64,000 nucleotides of DNA from an uncultured Nitrososphaeraceae archaeon (lineage in GTDB: Archaea > Thermoproteota > Nitrososphaeria > Nitrososphaerales > Nitrososphaeraceae), in contig CAVSMN010000016.1 in assembly GCA_963729045.1 (NCBI GenBank), forward strand, positions 60,686-124,685, read 5' to 3'. The position numbers and the translations under genes are program-made. The notes beneath the pieces were generated by a model. That model had not been told where the DNA came from. It saw only the letters and a program-made list of their open reading frames with translations, and made no database searches. Of the stretch, positions 11,355 through 22,334 are shown one piece after another. How positions within the stretch are numbered: the first letter of the stretch is position 1; each line of letters opens with the position of its first letter.

Positions 11355-12833
11355 GTGGAAATAAAAGTAAAAAAATCTCAATTATCCGGTGAGGTTATTT
11401 GTCCTCCAAGTAAAAGTTATAGTCACCGAGCAATATTGATATCGAGCCTTGCCTCCGGTAGGTCCCACATAGAGAATGTATTACTTTCCCGAGACACCCT
11501 TGCATCGATAGAATGCGCTAAAATGCTAGGAGTAAGCGTCAACTCTTTGGATAAAAATTCTAATGATCGTGTGGATTCTAATATCGATAGGCTCGATAAT
11601 TATCCGGCAAGTCCCGATAGTGGCTTAAACAGGGGAGGGGGTAATCAGACCAGTACACAGGATCTCATAGTGGAAAGTAATGGAGGAAGAAGAGGTTTTA
11701 GAACACCAGATGATATATTATTTGCAGACAATTCAGGTACAACAATTAGAATAGCTACTTCGATGTGCTCATTGGTAAATGACGGCTATAGCGTTTTAAC
11801 AGGTGATAAGAGTCTTCGAAAACGACCCATGGGAGATCTAATCAAAGCGTTAAATCAGCTGGGGGTCAATTGTTTTTCCACAAATCGAAACTACTTTCCT
11901 CCAATTGTTGTGAAGGGTGGTGGTATGAAAGGAGGTACTACTCAGATTAATGGAGAGATTTCTAGCCAATTCATATCATCAATACTTCTTTCTGGCATAT
12001 ATTCTCAAACACCAATTACCATCCAAGTGTTAGGCAACCAAGTTTCCAAACCATATATAGATTCAACTATATTTATAATGAAAAAATTTGGAGTCAAAGT
12101 GGAGAATTCATCAAATGGATTATTCTCAAATCATTTAGTTGGTGACTTAAGGGATTCAAATGAGTCCAAAGTAGCTAAAACAATCTCAGAGGAATATAAA
12201 CTGCCTGTCGAAAATGACTATAAATCCCAAACTATTCGGGTACCAGGCGATTTTTCGACTGCTGCATTGTTAATGTCCGCGGCCATAATGTCAGAAGGTG
12301 TGATGATGATTAAGAATTTGGACTTTACAATGCCACAGGGAGATATGGAAATAATCAACATTATCAAAGAAATGGGAGGCAGAATTGAGGTCGATAGGAA
12401 CAAAGGAGTCGTTAAAATAGATGGGTCGACCAAACTGGATGGAGGGGATTTTAATTTAGTTGGGACGCCTGATTTACTCCCGGTAGTAGCAATTCTATCA
12501 CTAAAAGCTAAGAATAAAACAACAATAACTGGTGTTTCGCATGCAAGATATAAAGAAACTGACAGGGTTTCTAATATTTCATCTCAACTAACTAAATTTG
12601 GAGCTCACATAAAGGAAGATAACGATTCAATCACTGTTCGCCCCCCAGATAAATTGAGAAATGCAGCAATCAATTCTTTTGACGATCACCGACTTTTTAT
12701 GGCGTTTACGATTGCTAGTCTATCTACAGAGCACTCGATTATTGATGGTGCAGATTCAGTTGATGTTTCTTTTCCAAATTTTATCAGTGAGTTAAAGGGA
12801 ATTGGAGCTCAAATTGAGTATATGTTAACTTGA
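11355..12833 (+). CDS. aroA: EPSP synthase (3-phosphoshikimate 1-carboxyvinyltransferase)
   Basis: PPSKSYSHR, NSGTTIR, RPM, SSQF, KETDR and DDHR motifs. Confidence 0.96.
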   Translation: MEIKVKKSQLSGEVICPPSKSYSHRAILISSLASGRSHIENVLLSRDTLASIECAKMLGVSVNSLDKNSNDRVDSNIDRLDNYPASPDSGLNRGGGNQTSTQDLIVESNGGRRGFRTPDDILFADNSGTTIRIATSMCSLVNDGYSVLTGDKSLRKRPMGDLIKALNQLGVNCFSTNRNYFPPIVVKGGGMKGGTTQINGEISSQFISSILLSGIYSQTPITIQVLGNQVSKPYIDSTIFIMKKFGVKVENSSNGLFSNHLVGDLRDSNESKVAKTISEEYKLPVENDYKSQTIRVPGDFSTAALLMSAAIMSEGVMMIKNLDFTMPQGDMEIINIIKEMGGRIEVDRNKGVVKIDGSTKLDGGDFNLVGTPDLLPVVAILSLKAKNKTTITGVSHARYKETDRVSNISSQLTKFGAHIKEDNDSITVRPPDKLRNAAINSFDDHRLFMAFTIASLSTEHSIIDGADSVDVSFPNFISELKGIGAQIEYMLT

Positions 12834-12934
12834 AATTATCGAGTATGCTTTGTCGGTGAAAAAGAATGATTTATCAGCAGCAGGATAAATATTAAAAATA
12901 ATAATATATCAGAATTACAACTAAAAATTTATTC

Positions 12935-14044
12935 ATGCCTTCAAATACGCTTGGAAATTACTTTACTGTGTCAAGTTTTGGTGAAAGTCATGGCAAATGC
13001 ATAGGAGCTATTATAGATGGCTGTCCAGCAGGCCTACGTCTATCGGAAGCAGATGTTCAGCCATTACTTGATTTAAGGAAGCCTGGGCAATCAATCATTA
13101 CCACTCAAAGAAAAGAAACTGATGCAGTTGAAATACTTTCGGGTGTCTTTAAAGGGTTCACGACTGGTGCTCCCATTTGCATGATTATTTGGAACAGGGA
13201 TTCTGATTCTCGATCATATGATGAATTCATGTCAAAACCTAGACCTGGTCATGCTGACTATACGGGTTACATGAAATATGGTGGCTTTAATGACTTCAGG
13301 GGAAGCGGACGATTTTCAGGAAGATTGACCGCGACTATTGTGATGGGCGGGGCAGTAGCCTTGAAAATATTAAAGGAATCTTTAAATATTGAAATAATCA
13401 GTTACACAAAATCAATTGGGGATATAACTATGGAATCTGCTGAAATACCCTTTGATTCACTCTCTAAAAACAGATATTTGAACGATGTACGTTGTCCTGA
13501 TCAAGAAGCAGCTGGGAGAATGAAGGATTTGATATTGTCTGCTAGAAGAGAGGGCGATTCATTAGGAGGCATAATTGAATGCATAGTACGAGGCGTGCCA
13601 GTAGGATTAGGAGAGCCGATTTTTGAGTCGATAGAGTCGGAGATATCAAGAGGTATTTTTAGCATTCCTGCGGTAAAAGGACTTGAATTTGGATCTGGAT
13701 TTAGAGGTTCAACGATGAAAGGTTCCGAAAATAATGATTCATTTGTGATAGATAAATCCACTGGTAGCATTATTACAAAAACTAACAAATCTGGAGGAAT
13801 ATTAGGTGGAATTACTGATGGGATGCCAATTGTATTTAGGGTTGCATTCAAACCAGCTGCCTCTATATCACGACCCCAGAATACTGTAGATTTGAAGGAT
13901 ATGACTGAATCTCAGTTGATTGTAACAGGTAGACATGATCCGTGCGTAGTTCCAAGAGCTCCTCCCGTAGTAGATAGCATCGCTGCCATCATATTGCTAG
14001 ATTGTTGCTTTAAATCTAATCTGATACCAAGAGTAATACAATAG
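12935..14044 (+). CDS. aroC: Chorismate synthase
   Basis: GESHG, RPGHAD, GGILGG and GRHDPCV motifs. Confidence 0.97.
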   Translation: MPSNTLGNYFTVSSFGESHGKCIGAIIDGCPAGLRLSEADVQPLLDLRKPGQSIITTQRKETDAVEILSGVFKGFTTGAPICMIIWNRDSDSRSYDEFMSKPRPGHADYTGYMKYGGFNDFRGSGRFSGRLTATIVMGGAVALKILKESLNIEIISYTKSIGDITMESAEIPFDSLSKNRYLNDVRCPDQEAAGRMKDLILSARREGDSLGGIIECIVRGVPVGLGEPIFESIESEISRGIFSIPAVKGLEFGSGFRGSTMKGSENNDSFVIDKSTGSIITKTNKSGGILGGITDGMPIVFRVAFKPAASISRPQNTVDLKDMTESQLIVTGRHDPCVVPRAPPVVDSIAAIILLDCCFKSNLIPRVIQ

Positions 14045-14054
14045 GGATTCGAAA

Positions 14055-15569
14055 ATGTCGATAGAAGAAGTTAATATCTTAAGAAATGACATGAAAGAAA
14101 TTACAAACCAGATTATGGAGCTTGTCAATCAAAGGATGGAAATTGCAAGGAAAATCGGGACGATAAAAACCAATTTGGATCTTGACATTATCGACGATAA
14201 AGTGGAATTAGGGATCAAGAGTTATTTGTTTAGCAACTCAAAATGTTTAAATTTAGATCCAGAATTTTCTGGAAGAATTGTTAACATGTTAATTAACGAA
14301 TCAATCAGAATCCAGAATTTGGAAAAAAGTAAAATAAAGGTTGGACAAGAAAAAATTAATCCTATAACCAATTCTCAGCTTCAATTCTCCCAGTCACCAC
14401 ATTTGAAGGATCAAGATAAGGTTCACAAATTTGAAATTAAGTCTCATTTAGATGTATTTAATGCAGCAAAAAATCTAGAATTACAAGGACATAGAATAAT
14501 TCACATGGAGGTAGGAGAACCTGATTTTCTACCTCCCTTAGAAGTTAAGGATGAATTAACCAAGATTTATGAAATGCGCAAGTTTCATTATACACAGACT
14601 GCTGGTATCAAAGATTTGCGGATAGGTTTGTCAAAACATATTTCTAATTTTTCAGCGAAAAACGGTTTTGATATTTTCGAACCATTGAGTCCTGACAAGA
14701 TAATTGTTACCCCGGGAGGCAGGTTCGGGATATTTTGTACATTTTCTGCATTGTTGAGACCAGGTGATGAAATAATTACAATTGAGCCGGCTTGGCCGGC
14801 TTGCCATGATTGTGCAAATTACCTGGGTGTTAAAAATAGAGTAGTAAAGACTAATTTGGAACAAAACTGGGAGCCCGATATTTCTGAAATAGAAAGTCAA
14901 ATTAATATCAATACAAAAATAATTTGTTTAAATTATCCTAATAATCCAACAGGCAAAATCCTGAGTAAAAAATCCTACGACAATATAATAGACGTAGCTC
15001 GCAAAAAAGAAATTTATTTACTCAGTGATGAAGTTTATTCTAATTACGCTTATGAACCTTATCGCAGCGTTATAAATTTTGACTACGATAAATCAATACT
15101 TGTTGGTTCGTTTTCAAAAACTTTTGCAATGACTGGATTTAGGGTCGGTTTTGTATATTCTAGAGATAACATGTTGATAAACAAGCTCATAAAAATACAG
15201 GCACTGGCTCTAACATCAGTAGCAGAACCAATGCAATTATGCGCATTGCAAGCGCTGGATTCTGATCCCGAGGAAAATAACAAGATAATGAAAAGGCGAT
15301 TAGAATTAATGTGTAAATATTTGAAAAAATTACCATTCGAATTCACACTTCCTGAGGGAGCAATGTATGTCTTTGCAAGAATCAACAGTGAATTGAAGTT
15401 AACTGACTTGAAACTAGTAGAGCGATTATTAAATCATGGGGTAGCAGTTGCACCAGGAAGTGGATTCGGATCAAATTATTCTGATTACGTAAGATTGTCA
15501 ACTTGTTTAGAGGAAAAGAAAATGATCGAAGGTTTGGAAATTATTCGTGATTTGGTTAATAAACTCTAA
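14055..15569 (+). CDS. Chorismate mutase (AroQ) fused to a class I PLP aminotransferase
   Basis: N-terminal LRxxM...RxxIAxxIGxxK...ESIRIQ AroQ pattern; C-terminal GEPDF, PNNPTG, DEVY and SFSKTFAMTGFRVG. Confidence 0.9.
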   Translation: MSIEEVNILRNDMKEITNQIMELVNQRMEIARKIGTIKTNLDLDIIDDKVELGIKSYLFSNSKCLNLDPEFSGRIVNMLINESIRIQNLEKSKIKVGQEKINPITNSQLQFSQSPHLKDQDKVHKFEIKSHLDVFNAAKNLELQGHRIIHMEVGEPDFLPPLEVKDELTKIYEMRKFHYTQTAGIKDLRIGLSKHISNFSAKNGFDIFEPLSPDKIIVTPGGRFGIFCTFSALLRPGDEIITIEPAWPACHDCANYLGVKNRVVKTNLEQNWEPDISEIESQININTKIICLNYPNNPTGKILSKKSYDNIIDVARKKEIYLLSDEVYSNYAYEPYRSVINFDYDKSILVGSFSKTFAMTGFRVGFVYSRDNMLINKLIKIQALALTSVAEPMQLCALQALDSDPEENNKIMKRRLELMCKYLKKLPFEFTLPEGAMYVFARINSELKLTDLKLVERLLNHGVAVAPGSGFGSNYSDYVRLSTCLEEKKMIEGLEIIRDLVNKL

Positions 15570-15617
15570 CTACTACTGTATTGGCTATAATGTCCGCTTT
15601 GAACTGAAAAAACTAAA

Positions 15618-16577
15618 ATGTCAAATATTTTAATAGTTGGAGCTGCCGGGAGAATGGGAAAATGGTTTTTTGATTATTTTATTAATTTACGTAAGGAGCA
15701 ATCTGAAGATCGAGATTTAATCAAAAAAACGATCAAGGTAGAAAAGATCTTCCTAGTTGATCCCAATAAGGTTGAATACTTTGATATGTCAGAAGACCTG
15801 AATGTGTATACTTCCAAAAGTATCACAAAGTTTGTTGAAGATTCAAACATTATCATTTTGTGCACTCCTATAAAGGAAACACTTAAGATCCTTGATACAT
15901 ATACGATAAAGTTTAGACCAGGAACAACCACCATTGAAATATCCTCTGTAAAAAATCCAATTTATGATTATATATCAAACACCTCACAGAAATACAGCTC
16001 TTTAAGATTTCTTTGTATCCATCCAATGTTTGGACCAGGGGCTCAAGTTAGTTCTTCAAAGAACATAATAATGCATGTGCCACTTAGTTTATCTGGTATC
16101 AGCAGAGAATCAAGAATCTTGCGTAGGTTATTTCCAAAATTCAAAAAGTTCTTGATTGATACACCAGAAAAGCACGATATTCTCGTCGCTGTTCTTATTA
16201 GTTTAATTTACTTTATTAATCTTGTTTTCTCGAAACTTTTGATTGAAATTTCAACTAACAAAACACTGAAAAACGAAAAAGATTTGTTAAAATTATTAAA
16301 GCAATTATCGGGTAGCTCATATAGAATTCAATCGTTACTGAGTGAGAGTATATTAACAGACGACGCACCACTTTTCTTGAATCTATTTCTAGGAAGCGAC
16401 AAATCAATCGAACTAATTAAGAAGTACGGTAAGATTTACGACAGGGTGGCAAAGAAAGTAGAACAAAAAGACGAGAAATACTTGCAAAACCTTGTTATTA
16501 ATACAAAAAAAAATATCAAGAATCAAATCGATATTAATTATTCTTATGAATTGCTTTACCGGTTTTTAAATAATTAA
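15618..16577 (+). CDS. tyrA: Prephenate dehydrogenase
   Basis: GAAGRMG Rossmann motif, ISSVK, HPMFGP and HD motifs. Confidence 0.88.
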   Translation: MSNILIVGAAGRMGKWFFDYFINLRKEQSEDRDLIKKTIKVEKIFLVDPNKVEYFDMSEDLNVYTSKSITKFVEDSNIIILCTPIKETLKILDTYTIKFRPGTTTIEISSVKNPIYDYISNTSQKYSSLRFLCIHPMFGPGAQVSSSKNIIMHVPLSLSGISRESRILRRLFPKFKKFLIDTPEKHDILVAVLISLIYFINLVFSKLLIEISTNKTLKNEKDLLKLLKQLSGSSYRIQSLLSESILTDDAPLFLNLFLGSDKSIELIKKYGKIYDRVAKKVEQKDEKYLQNLVINTKKNIKNQIDINYSYELLYRFLNN

Positions 16578-16639
16578 ATTATTTAACGGATAAAGTTGGA
16601 TCAATAAGAACATATAGGATTTCATTTTCATTTTAAATC

Positions 16640-17644
16640 ATGACAATAAGGAGATGGCTTGACAATGAAGTCTCTTTGGATCCATTAAAAAATCTAAAGA
16701 TCGCAGTCATTGGTTACGGTATTCAAGGCGCAGCACAGGCTTCTAATATGAAAGATTCAGGTCTGAATGTTTGTGTTGGGTTACGCCCAAACGGGAATAC
16801 ATGGGCAAAAGCTCAAAATGATAATCACAACGTAAAAAGCGTTAGTGATGCGGTCAAAGAGTCCGATATTATTCATATATTAATTCCAGATATGGAACAA
16901 GAGGAAACTTTTAAGAGCGAAATCGCTCCCCATTTGACAGAAAACAAGACGATCAGTTTTTCACATGGCGCCGCTATACATTGGAAATGGATCGATCCTC
17001 CTAAAAATATTGATGTCATAATGGTTGCACCAAAAGGACCAGGTCAAAGAGTACGCGAATTGTATTTAGATGGGTTTGGGACACCCTCACTCGTTGCTGT
17101 GCATCAAGATTATACAAAAAAAGCTTGGGAAAAAACACTTGCTATAGCTAAATCAATTGGGAGCACAAAGCCAGGAGTTTTAGAAACCACATTTAAAGAA
17201 GAAGTAGAAACAGATTGGTTTGGGGAACAAGTAGATCTGTGCGGTGGGGTCCATCAGATGATCCTCAAGTCATTTGAAACACTAGTAGAAGCAGGTTACC
17301 AACCAGAAATAGCCTATTTCGAATGCTTGCATGAACTAAAATTAATTGTAGATTTAATTCAAAAGTATGGGATTACTGGCATGTACAATAGAGTTAGTGA
17401 AACGGCAAGATATGGTGGGCTTACTAGGGGTAAACGTGTAATTGACGGAGATTCAAAATCAAAAATGAAAGATGTATTATCAGAGATTCAATCAGGACAA
17501 TTTGCAAATGAATGGGTTAACAACTACAAAAAGGATAAAAAATCGGCCTTTAGCATGATGCTGCAGGAGTTGGAGAACCATGAAATTGAAAGAGTAGGTA
17601 AGGACCTAAGGAGGATGATGTGGCCGCAAGAAAAGGTGGAGTAA
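16640..17644 (+). CDS. ilvC: Ketol-acid reductoisomerase
   Basis: GYGIQG, APKGPG, DWFGEQ, AYFECLHE and SETARYG motifs. Confidence 0.97.
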   Translation: MTIRRWLDNEVSLDPLKNLKIAVIGYGIQGAAQASNMKDSGLNVCVGLRPNGNTWAKAQNDNHNVKSVSDAVKESDIIHILIPDMEQEETFKSEIAPHLTENKTISFSHGAAIHWKWIDPPKNIDVIMVAPKGPGQRVRELYLDGFGTPSLVAVHQDYTKKAWEKTLAIAKSIGSTKPGVLETTFKEEVETDWFGEQVDLCGGVHQMILKSFETLVEAGYQPEIAYFECLHELKLIVDLIQKYGITGMYNRVSETARYGGLTRGKRVIDGDSKSKMKDVLSEIQSGQFANEWVNNYKKDKKSAFSMMLQELENHEIERVGKDLRRMMWPQEKVE

Positions 17645-17678
17645 CAGTCTAAGCTCATCATATGAATTACAAATAGAT

Positions 17679-18131
17679 TCAATTCCTTTTTACATTTTTT
17701 TCAATATGTTCAATAATTTTTTCAAGGGATGTGCCCGGTCCAAAATTCCCTGTAATACCTGCCTTCTCCAATTGGGTCTTATCTGATTCAGGTATTACTC
17801 CTCCTCCCACCAATAATATGTCGTGAACGTTTTGTTCTCTTAGCAATCGAGACACTTTAGGGAATAGTGTTAAGTGAGCACCGTTAAGTAAACTCATTGC
17901 AATAACATCCACATCCTCTTCAATCGCAGTTTTTACAACTTGTTCGGGTGTACAGAATAATCCGGAATAAATTACCTCCATTCCGGAATCCCTGAGGGCT
18001 CTACAAATAACCAAAGCCCCTCGATCGTGACCATCCAAACCCAACTTTGTAACCAAAATCCTGATTTTCTTTTGAGATAGGTCTTTTGAATTATCCTTCT
18101 CTGAGCTCTCCTTTATCAACGAAGTGGTCAT
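17679..18131 (-). CDS. Methylmalonyl-CoA mutase, cobalamin-binding small subunit (3-HP/4-HB cycle)
   Basis: KLGLDGHDRGA (DxHxxG), SLLNGAH, GGGVIP and FGPGT motifs. Confidence 0.92.
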   Translation of the reverse strand: MTTSLIKESSEKDNSKDLSQKKIRILVTKLGLDGHDRGALVICRALRDSGMEVIYSGLFCTPEQVVKTAIEEDVDVIAMSLLNGAHLTLFPKVSRLLREQNVHDILLVGGGVIPESDKTQLEKAGITGNFGPGTSLEKIIEHIEKNVKRN

Positions 18132-18287
18132 ATACCATAATAACATATATCCCGAGCTTAAAATATTTTATATCCTTGTTGCATGATTTTTGATGCTGTA
18201 GGTTATTATTTAGTAGAAATATCAGCGTGAACTTTATCATAGTAAGGCTTTAATGTATAGATTCATTATGTAATTCATTAAAAATAA

Positions 18288-19517
18288 ATGACTGTAAATG
18301 GAATCCAAAACTATCAATATTTATCGAAAAAATTCGATTCCAACGAAATCATTTATAAGATAATTGAAAAAAAAACGGTTGACAGTCATGATCTCAAGGA
18401 TTTACTAATTAATGCTGAGATAAAAGATCTTAACCTTTTTGCCACATTTCTTCGTAATAGGACAGGTAGCAAATTTGTCACATATTCAAGAAAGGTTTTT
18501 ATCAATTTAATAAATCTGTGTAAAGATTCATGCTCATATTGTACATACAAAAAAGAACCAACAAGCATGGAGGCTGTAATGCTTAGTCCGTCTCAAGCAA
18601 TTGCAATTGCTGAACTCGGAAAAAAGGCAAGATGCACGGAGGCATTGATTGTAACCGGTGAGAGGCCAGAGATTAAATATAAAGAGGCCAAGAGGTGGCT
18701 TGCGTTACTTGGACATCGGAATCTATCCGAGTTGTTGGCAGATTTAAGTGAAAAAATACTCTCACAAACTGGAATGTTACCTCATACTAATGCTGGAAGC
18801 CTGACTAAGAAAGAAATGTCCATGCTAAAATCTAGTAATGCAAGTTTGGGTATGATGCTAGAGACTTCGAGCGAACGATTGACTGATAAAGGGAAGGCTC
18901 ATGAAAAAGCTCCAAGCAAAAATCCCAAAGTGAGATTAAAATCCCTAATTTCAGCTGGTGAGCTTAATTTTCCAATTACTACAGGACTCTTAATCGGTAT
19001 AGATGAAAGTTTCGATGAAATAGTTGAATCTTTGTTACTAATAAACAATATAAATAGGAAATTCGGTCACATTCAAGAGGTAATTATGCAAAATTTTTTA
19101 CCAAAGAAGGGGACACTAATGGAATATGCAAAATCTCCTTCATATCCTTACTTTTTAAGATGCATCGCAGCAGCACGAATAATATTGGAAGATATTAGTC
19201 TTCAGGTCCCACCGAACCTAAGCCCTGATGTATATTCAAATTACATTGATTCTGGAATCAATGATTGGGGAGGCATCTCACCGATTACACCAGATCACGT
19301 CAATCCAGAATCACCCTGGCCGACCATTGAAAATATTAATGCAGTAACAAGAGAAAAAGGATTTACATTGAGGGCACGCTTGCCGGTGTATCCAAAATAT
19401 ATAATTAATTCGGAGTTGTCAAGGAAATTCGTGCACAAAGACCTTAAAGACTATATAGAACCATTGATAGATAAATACGGCTTGGTCAGAGAGGAGTTTA
19501 TTAATAATGAATCTTGA
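18288..19517 (+). CDS. cofG: FO synthase subunit CofG (F420 biosynthesis)
   Basis: TYSRKVF, CxxxCxxC, LPHTNAG, QVPPNL and GINDWGGISP motifs. Confidence 0.94.
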   Translation: MTVNGIQNYQYLSKKFDSNEIIYKIIEKKTVDSHDLKDLLINAEIKDLNLFATFLRNRTGSKFVTYSRKVFINLINLCKDSCSYCTYKKEPTSMEAVMLSPSQAIAIAELGKKARCTEALIVTGERPEIKYKEAKRWLALLGHRNLSELLADLSEKILSQTGMLPHTNAGSLTKKEMSMLKSSNASLGMMLETSSERLTDKGKAHEKAPSKNPKVRLKSLISAGELNFPITTGLLIGIDESFDEIVESLLLINNINRKFGHIQEVIMQNFLPKKGTLMEYAKSPSYPYFLRCIAAARIILEDISLQVPPNLSPDVYSNYIDSGINDWGGISPITPDHVNPESPWPTIENINAVTREKGFTLRARLPVYPKYIINSELSRKFVHKDLKDYIEPLIDKYGLVREEFINNES

Positions 19518-20755
19518 GAATGTTTTTAGAAATATCGATTCGGAAATCTCTTCGATTCTTGGGAGGGCTTTAGATGGGAAAGAAATCTCATCAGTCGATG
19601 CTTTAAAGCTTTTCGAAGCCACAGGACCAAGTTTGTCAGTAATAACTTTGGTTGCTGACGAGCTGAGAAGGCGGGTAAATGGCGAAATTGTGACCTACGT
19701 GATAAACAGAAATATTAACTTTACAAATGTTTGCATAAAGCAATGTGGCTTTTGCGCGTTTAGCAGAGATTTTAGAGTGGAAGAGGGTTATCTTTTACCA
19801 ATTGAAGAGATAGTAAGGAGGGCTAAAGAAGCATGGCAGTTTGGAGCCACTGAAATATGTATCCAGGCAGGATTGCCCCCTAAAATGGATGGGTTCTTTT
19901 ACGTCAATATATGCAAAGCAATAAAGAAGGAATTGCCTGAGATTCACATTCATGCCTTCTCGCCAGAGGAAATTTTGTATGGATCTACATTGTCTAACAC
20001 TAAAATTCATGATTATTTAAAGATGCTAAAGGAGGCGGGTCTCGGGTAGCTTGCCTGGCACCTCCGCTGAGATTCTTGTAAAAGAGATACGGAACAAGAT
20101 TTCTCCAGGCCGAATCAATATAGAACAGTGGATTGACATAATTTCTACAGCACATAAGTTTGACATCCCAACCACTTCCACAATAATGTATGGCCATATT
20201 GAGAGTAATAGCGATATTGTTACTCATTTAGAGATAATAAGAAATATTCAAAAAAAAACCGGTAAATTCACAGAATTTGTTCCTTTAAGTTATGTCCATT
20301 ATGATGCTCCAATGTCAACTCATCATTTAGTCAAAGATATAAGGCCCGGTGCTGACGGTCTAGAAATTTTGAAAATACATGCGATTTCACGAATTTTCTT
20401 CAATAATTTCATTAATAATCTTCAGGTATCATGGGTTAAGGAGGGACCAAAATTATCCCAAATATTGCTTGGTGCTGGGGCAAATGACCTTGGTGGTTGT
20501 TTAATTAACGAGAGTATATCAACTTCTGCAGGATCGCAGTATGGACAATTTATGAGGCCAGTGGATATGCGTAAGATCATCAAAGCGGCAGGTAAGATAC
20601 CCGCACAGAGAACATCAAAATATGAGATTATCAAAGATTTCAGGACTAATGAGGAAATCGAGTCAGAAAATTCTTTAGACAAGATCAACCCTGAGAGATT
20701 CGGATCATATAATGAATTGATCAAATTGAGTAGCTTTAGGTTTAAGAAAAGTTAG
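19507..20755 (+). CDS. cofH: FO synthase subunit CofH; +1 indel near 20045
   Basis: NRNINFTNVCxxxCxFC, PGTSAEIL, TIMYGH, QVSWVK and GANDLGG motifs. The two ORFs join by removing one G from CTCGGGTAGC. Confidence 0.93.
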
Positions 20756-20859
20756 CGATGGTATGGAAATGAGACATATACCACAAGTCCGGATCCGTTT
20801 GCATTATAGCCGATGATAACAAAAATATTTATATCTTACTCCTAAACATAAAGTAAAAT

Positions 20860-21841
20860 TTGCATTTGGATGATAACAACGAAGAATTTAGAACCGATAT
20901 CTTGAAAGGACTGTCTAATCCCATTCAGAAATCAATACCTTCTAAATATTTATACGATAGTAAAGGTTCTTACTTGTTTGAACAAATAACGGTTCAACCT
21001 GAGTATTATCCAACTAGAACTGAAAATAGTATACTAGAAGAATATTCTACCAAGATTTTACAAAATATTCCAAAAGAGATCATCTTAATAGAGATGGGAA
21101 GTGGTAGTTCAAAAAAGACTAAACATCTGTTCGACTCAATATTGAAAAGACAAGATAAATTATATTACTTTCCAATTGATATTTCCTTCAATTTTTTGGA
21201 TTCTGTAGTGACTGATTTGGAAACACAGAATCAGAATATAAGGGTCAAAGGGATTCCAAATGATTATATAAATGGTATCAAAGATTGTAATAATATCTTA
21301 TTTGAGAATAATTTTAAATTTGATTCATTTTCTAGACTAATAGTTTTCTTTGGATCTAGTATAGGAAATTTTGAAATTGATGAAGCTAGAGACTTTTTAA
21401 AAGCAGTTCGAATCAATATGAATGATAAGGACTTTCTTCTTGTTGGTTTCGATATGATAAAGGATGAATTTCTTATTGAACCCGCTTATAACGATAAAGC
21501 AGGATTCACTGCTCAATTTAATTTGAATTTGTTAACCCGAATGAATAGAGAGCTGGGGTGTAATTTTGATCTTCACGAATATGTGCATTATGCGTTTTTT
21601 AACAAGGAAAAAGGATCGTATCGAAATGCATCTCAAATCTAAATCGGATCAAGAAGTTAGAATATCGGGATCTGAAAGAATATTTCAGATATCTCAGGAT
21701 GAAACTATTCACACCGAAAGCTCATACAAATATAGTGAGGAGAAAATTCAAGAATTAGCGATTAGATCGGGTTTTTCGCTTGAGAAGATTTTCTCTGATA
21801 ACAACAATTGGTTCAATCTTGTCATGCTAAAACCGTGTTGA
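20860..21841 (+). CDS. egtD: L-histidine N-alpha-trimethyltransferase (EgtD family); +1 indel near 21610; start uncertain
   Basis: PSKYLYD, PEYYPTRTE, EMGSGS, GSSIGN, AYND, RIEMHL and TESSYKY motifs. Confidence 0.9.
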
Positions 21842-22334
21842 TTTTTCCAACTACTCTTTTAGTCATAATTTAATTCATAGACTATAAGAATAATCAGATA
21901 AGCATCAGCCCTAAAGATTGACTAAAATTGATAAGAGGATGAAATCATATTTGTGAAAGACGATTAGGAATCTAGTAAATTCATCGCAATCGGTTGATCC
22001 ATTCCCTGAAAAAGTATCATAAGAAGCAAAATTATAGAGTGAGAAGTTACTGTCTAAGAGAACTATAGTTCATATCCGATTTTTATGTCCATATCACCTT
22101 AATGATAATAGAAGGATTATCTTTCATTTCAAAAACAAGGCAATTAGATATTGTTATGTAATAATCTCCTCAGCCTTTCTTCGGAAGTATCGAACAATCT
22201 AAAATCTTTTCAAATAAATATCTCTAGTCAAGAATTACATTTACACGGTGCCTCAAAATGGTCCTGTTTTTTGATTATGTATTTAGGTGAAGAAATGATG
22301 GGAACAGATATAACCTGATGATAATTCATTCTTC

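Noticed and set aside
11541..11660. Intein in AroA
   Set aside because: Too short, and it lacks the C/S...HN-C/S/T splice motifs.
22289..22334. C/D-box sRNA-like ATGATGG...CTGA-TGATAA inside a GAAGAA/TTCTTC stem
   Set aside because: There is no terminal D box or second guide; it is more likely a 3' hairpin of nadM or chance.
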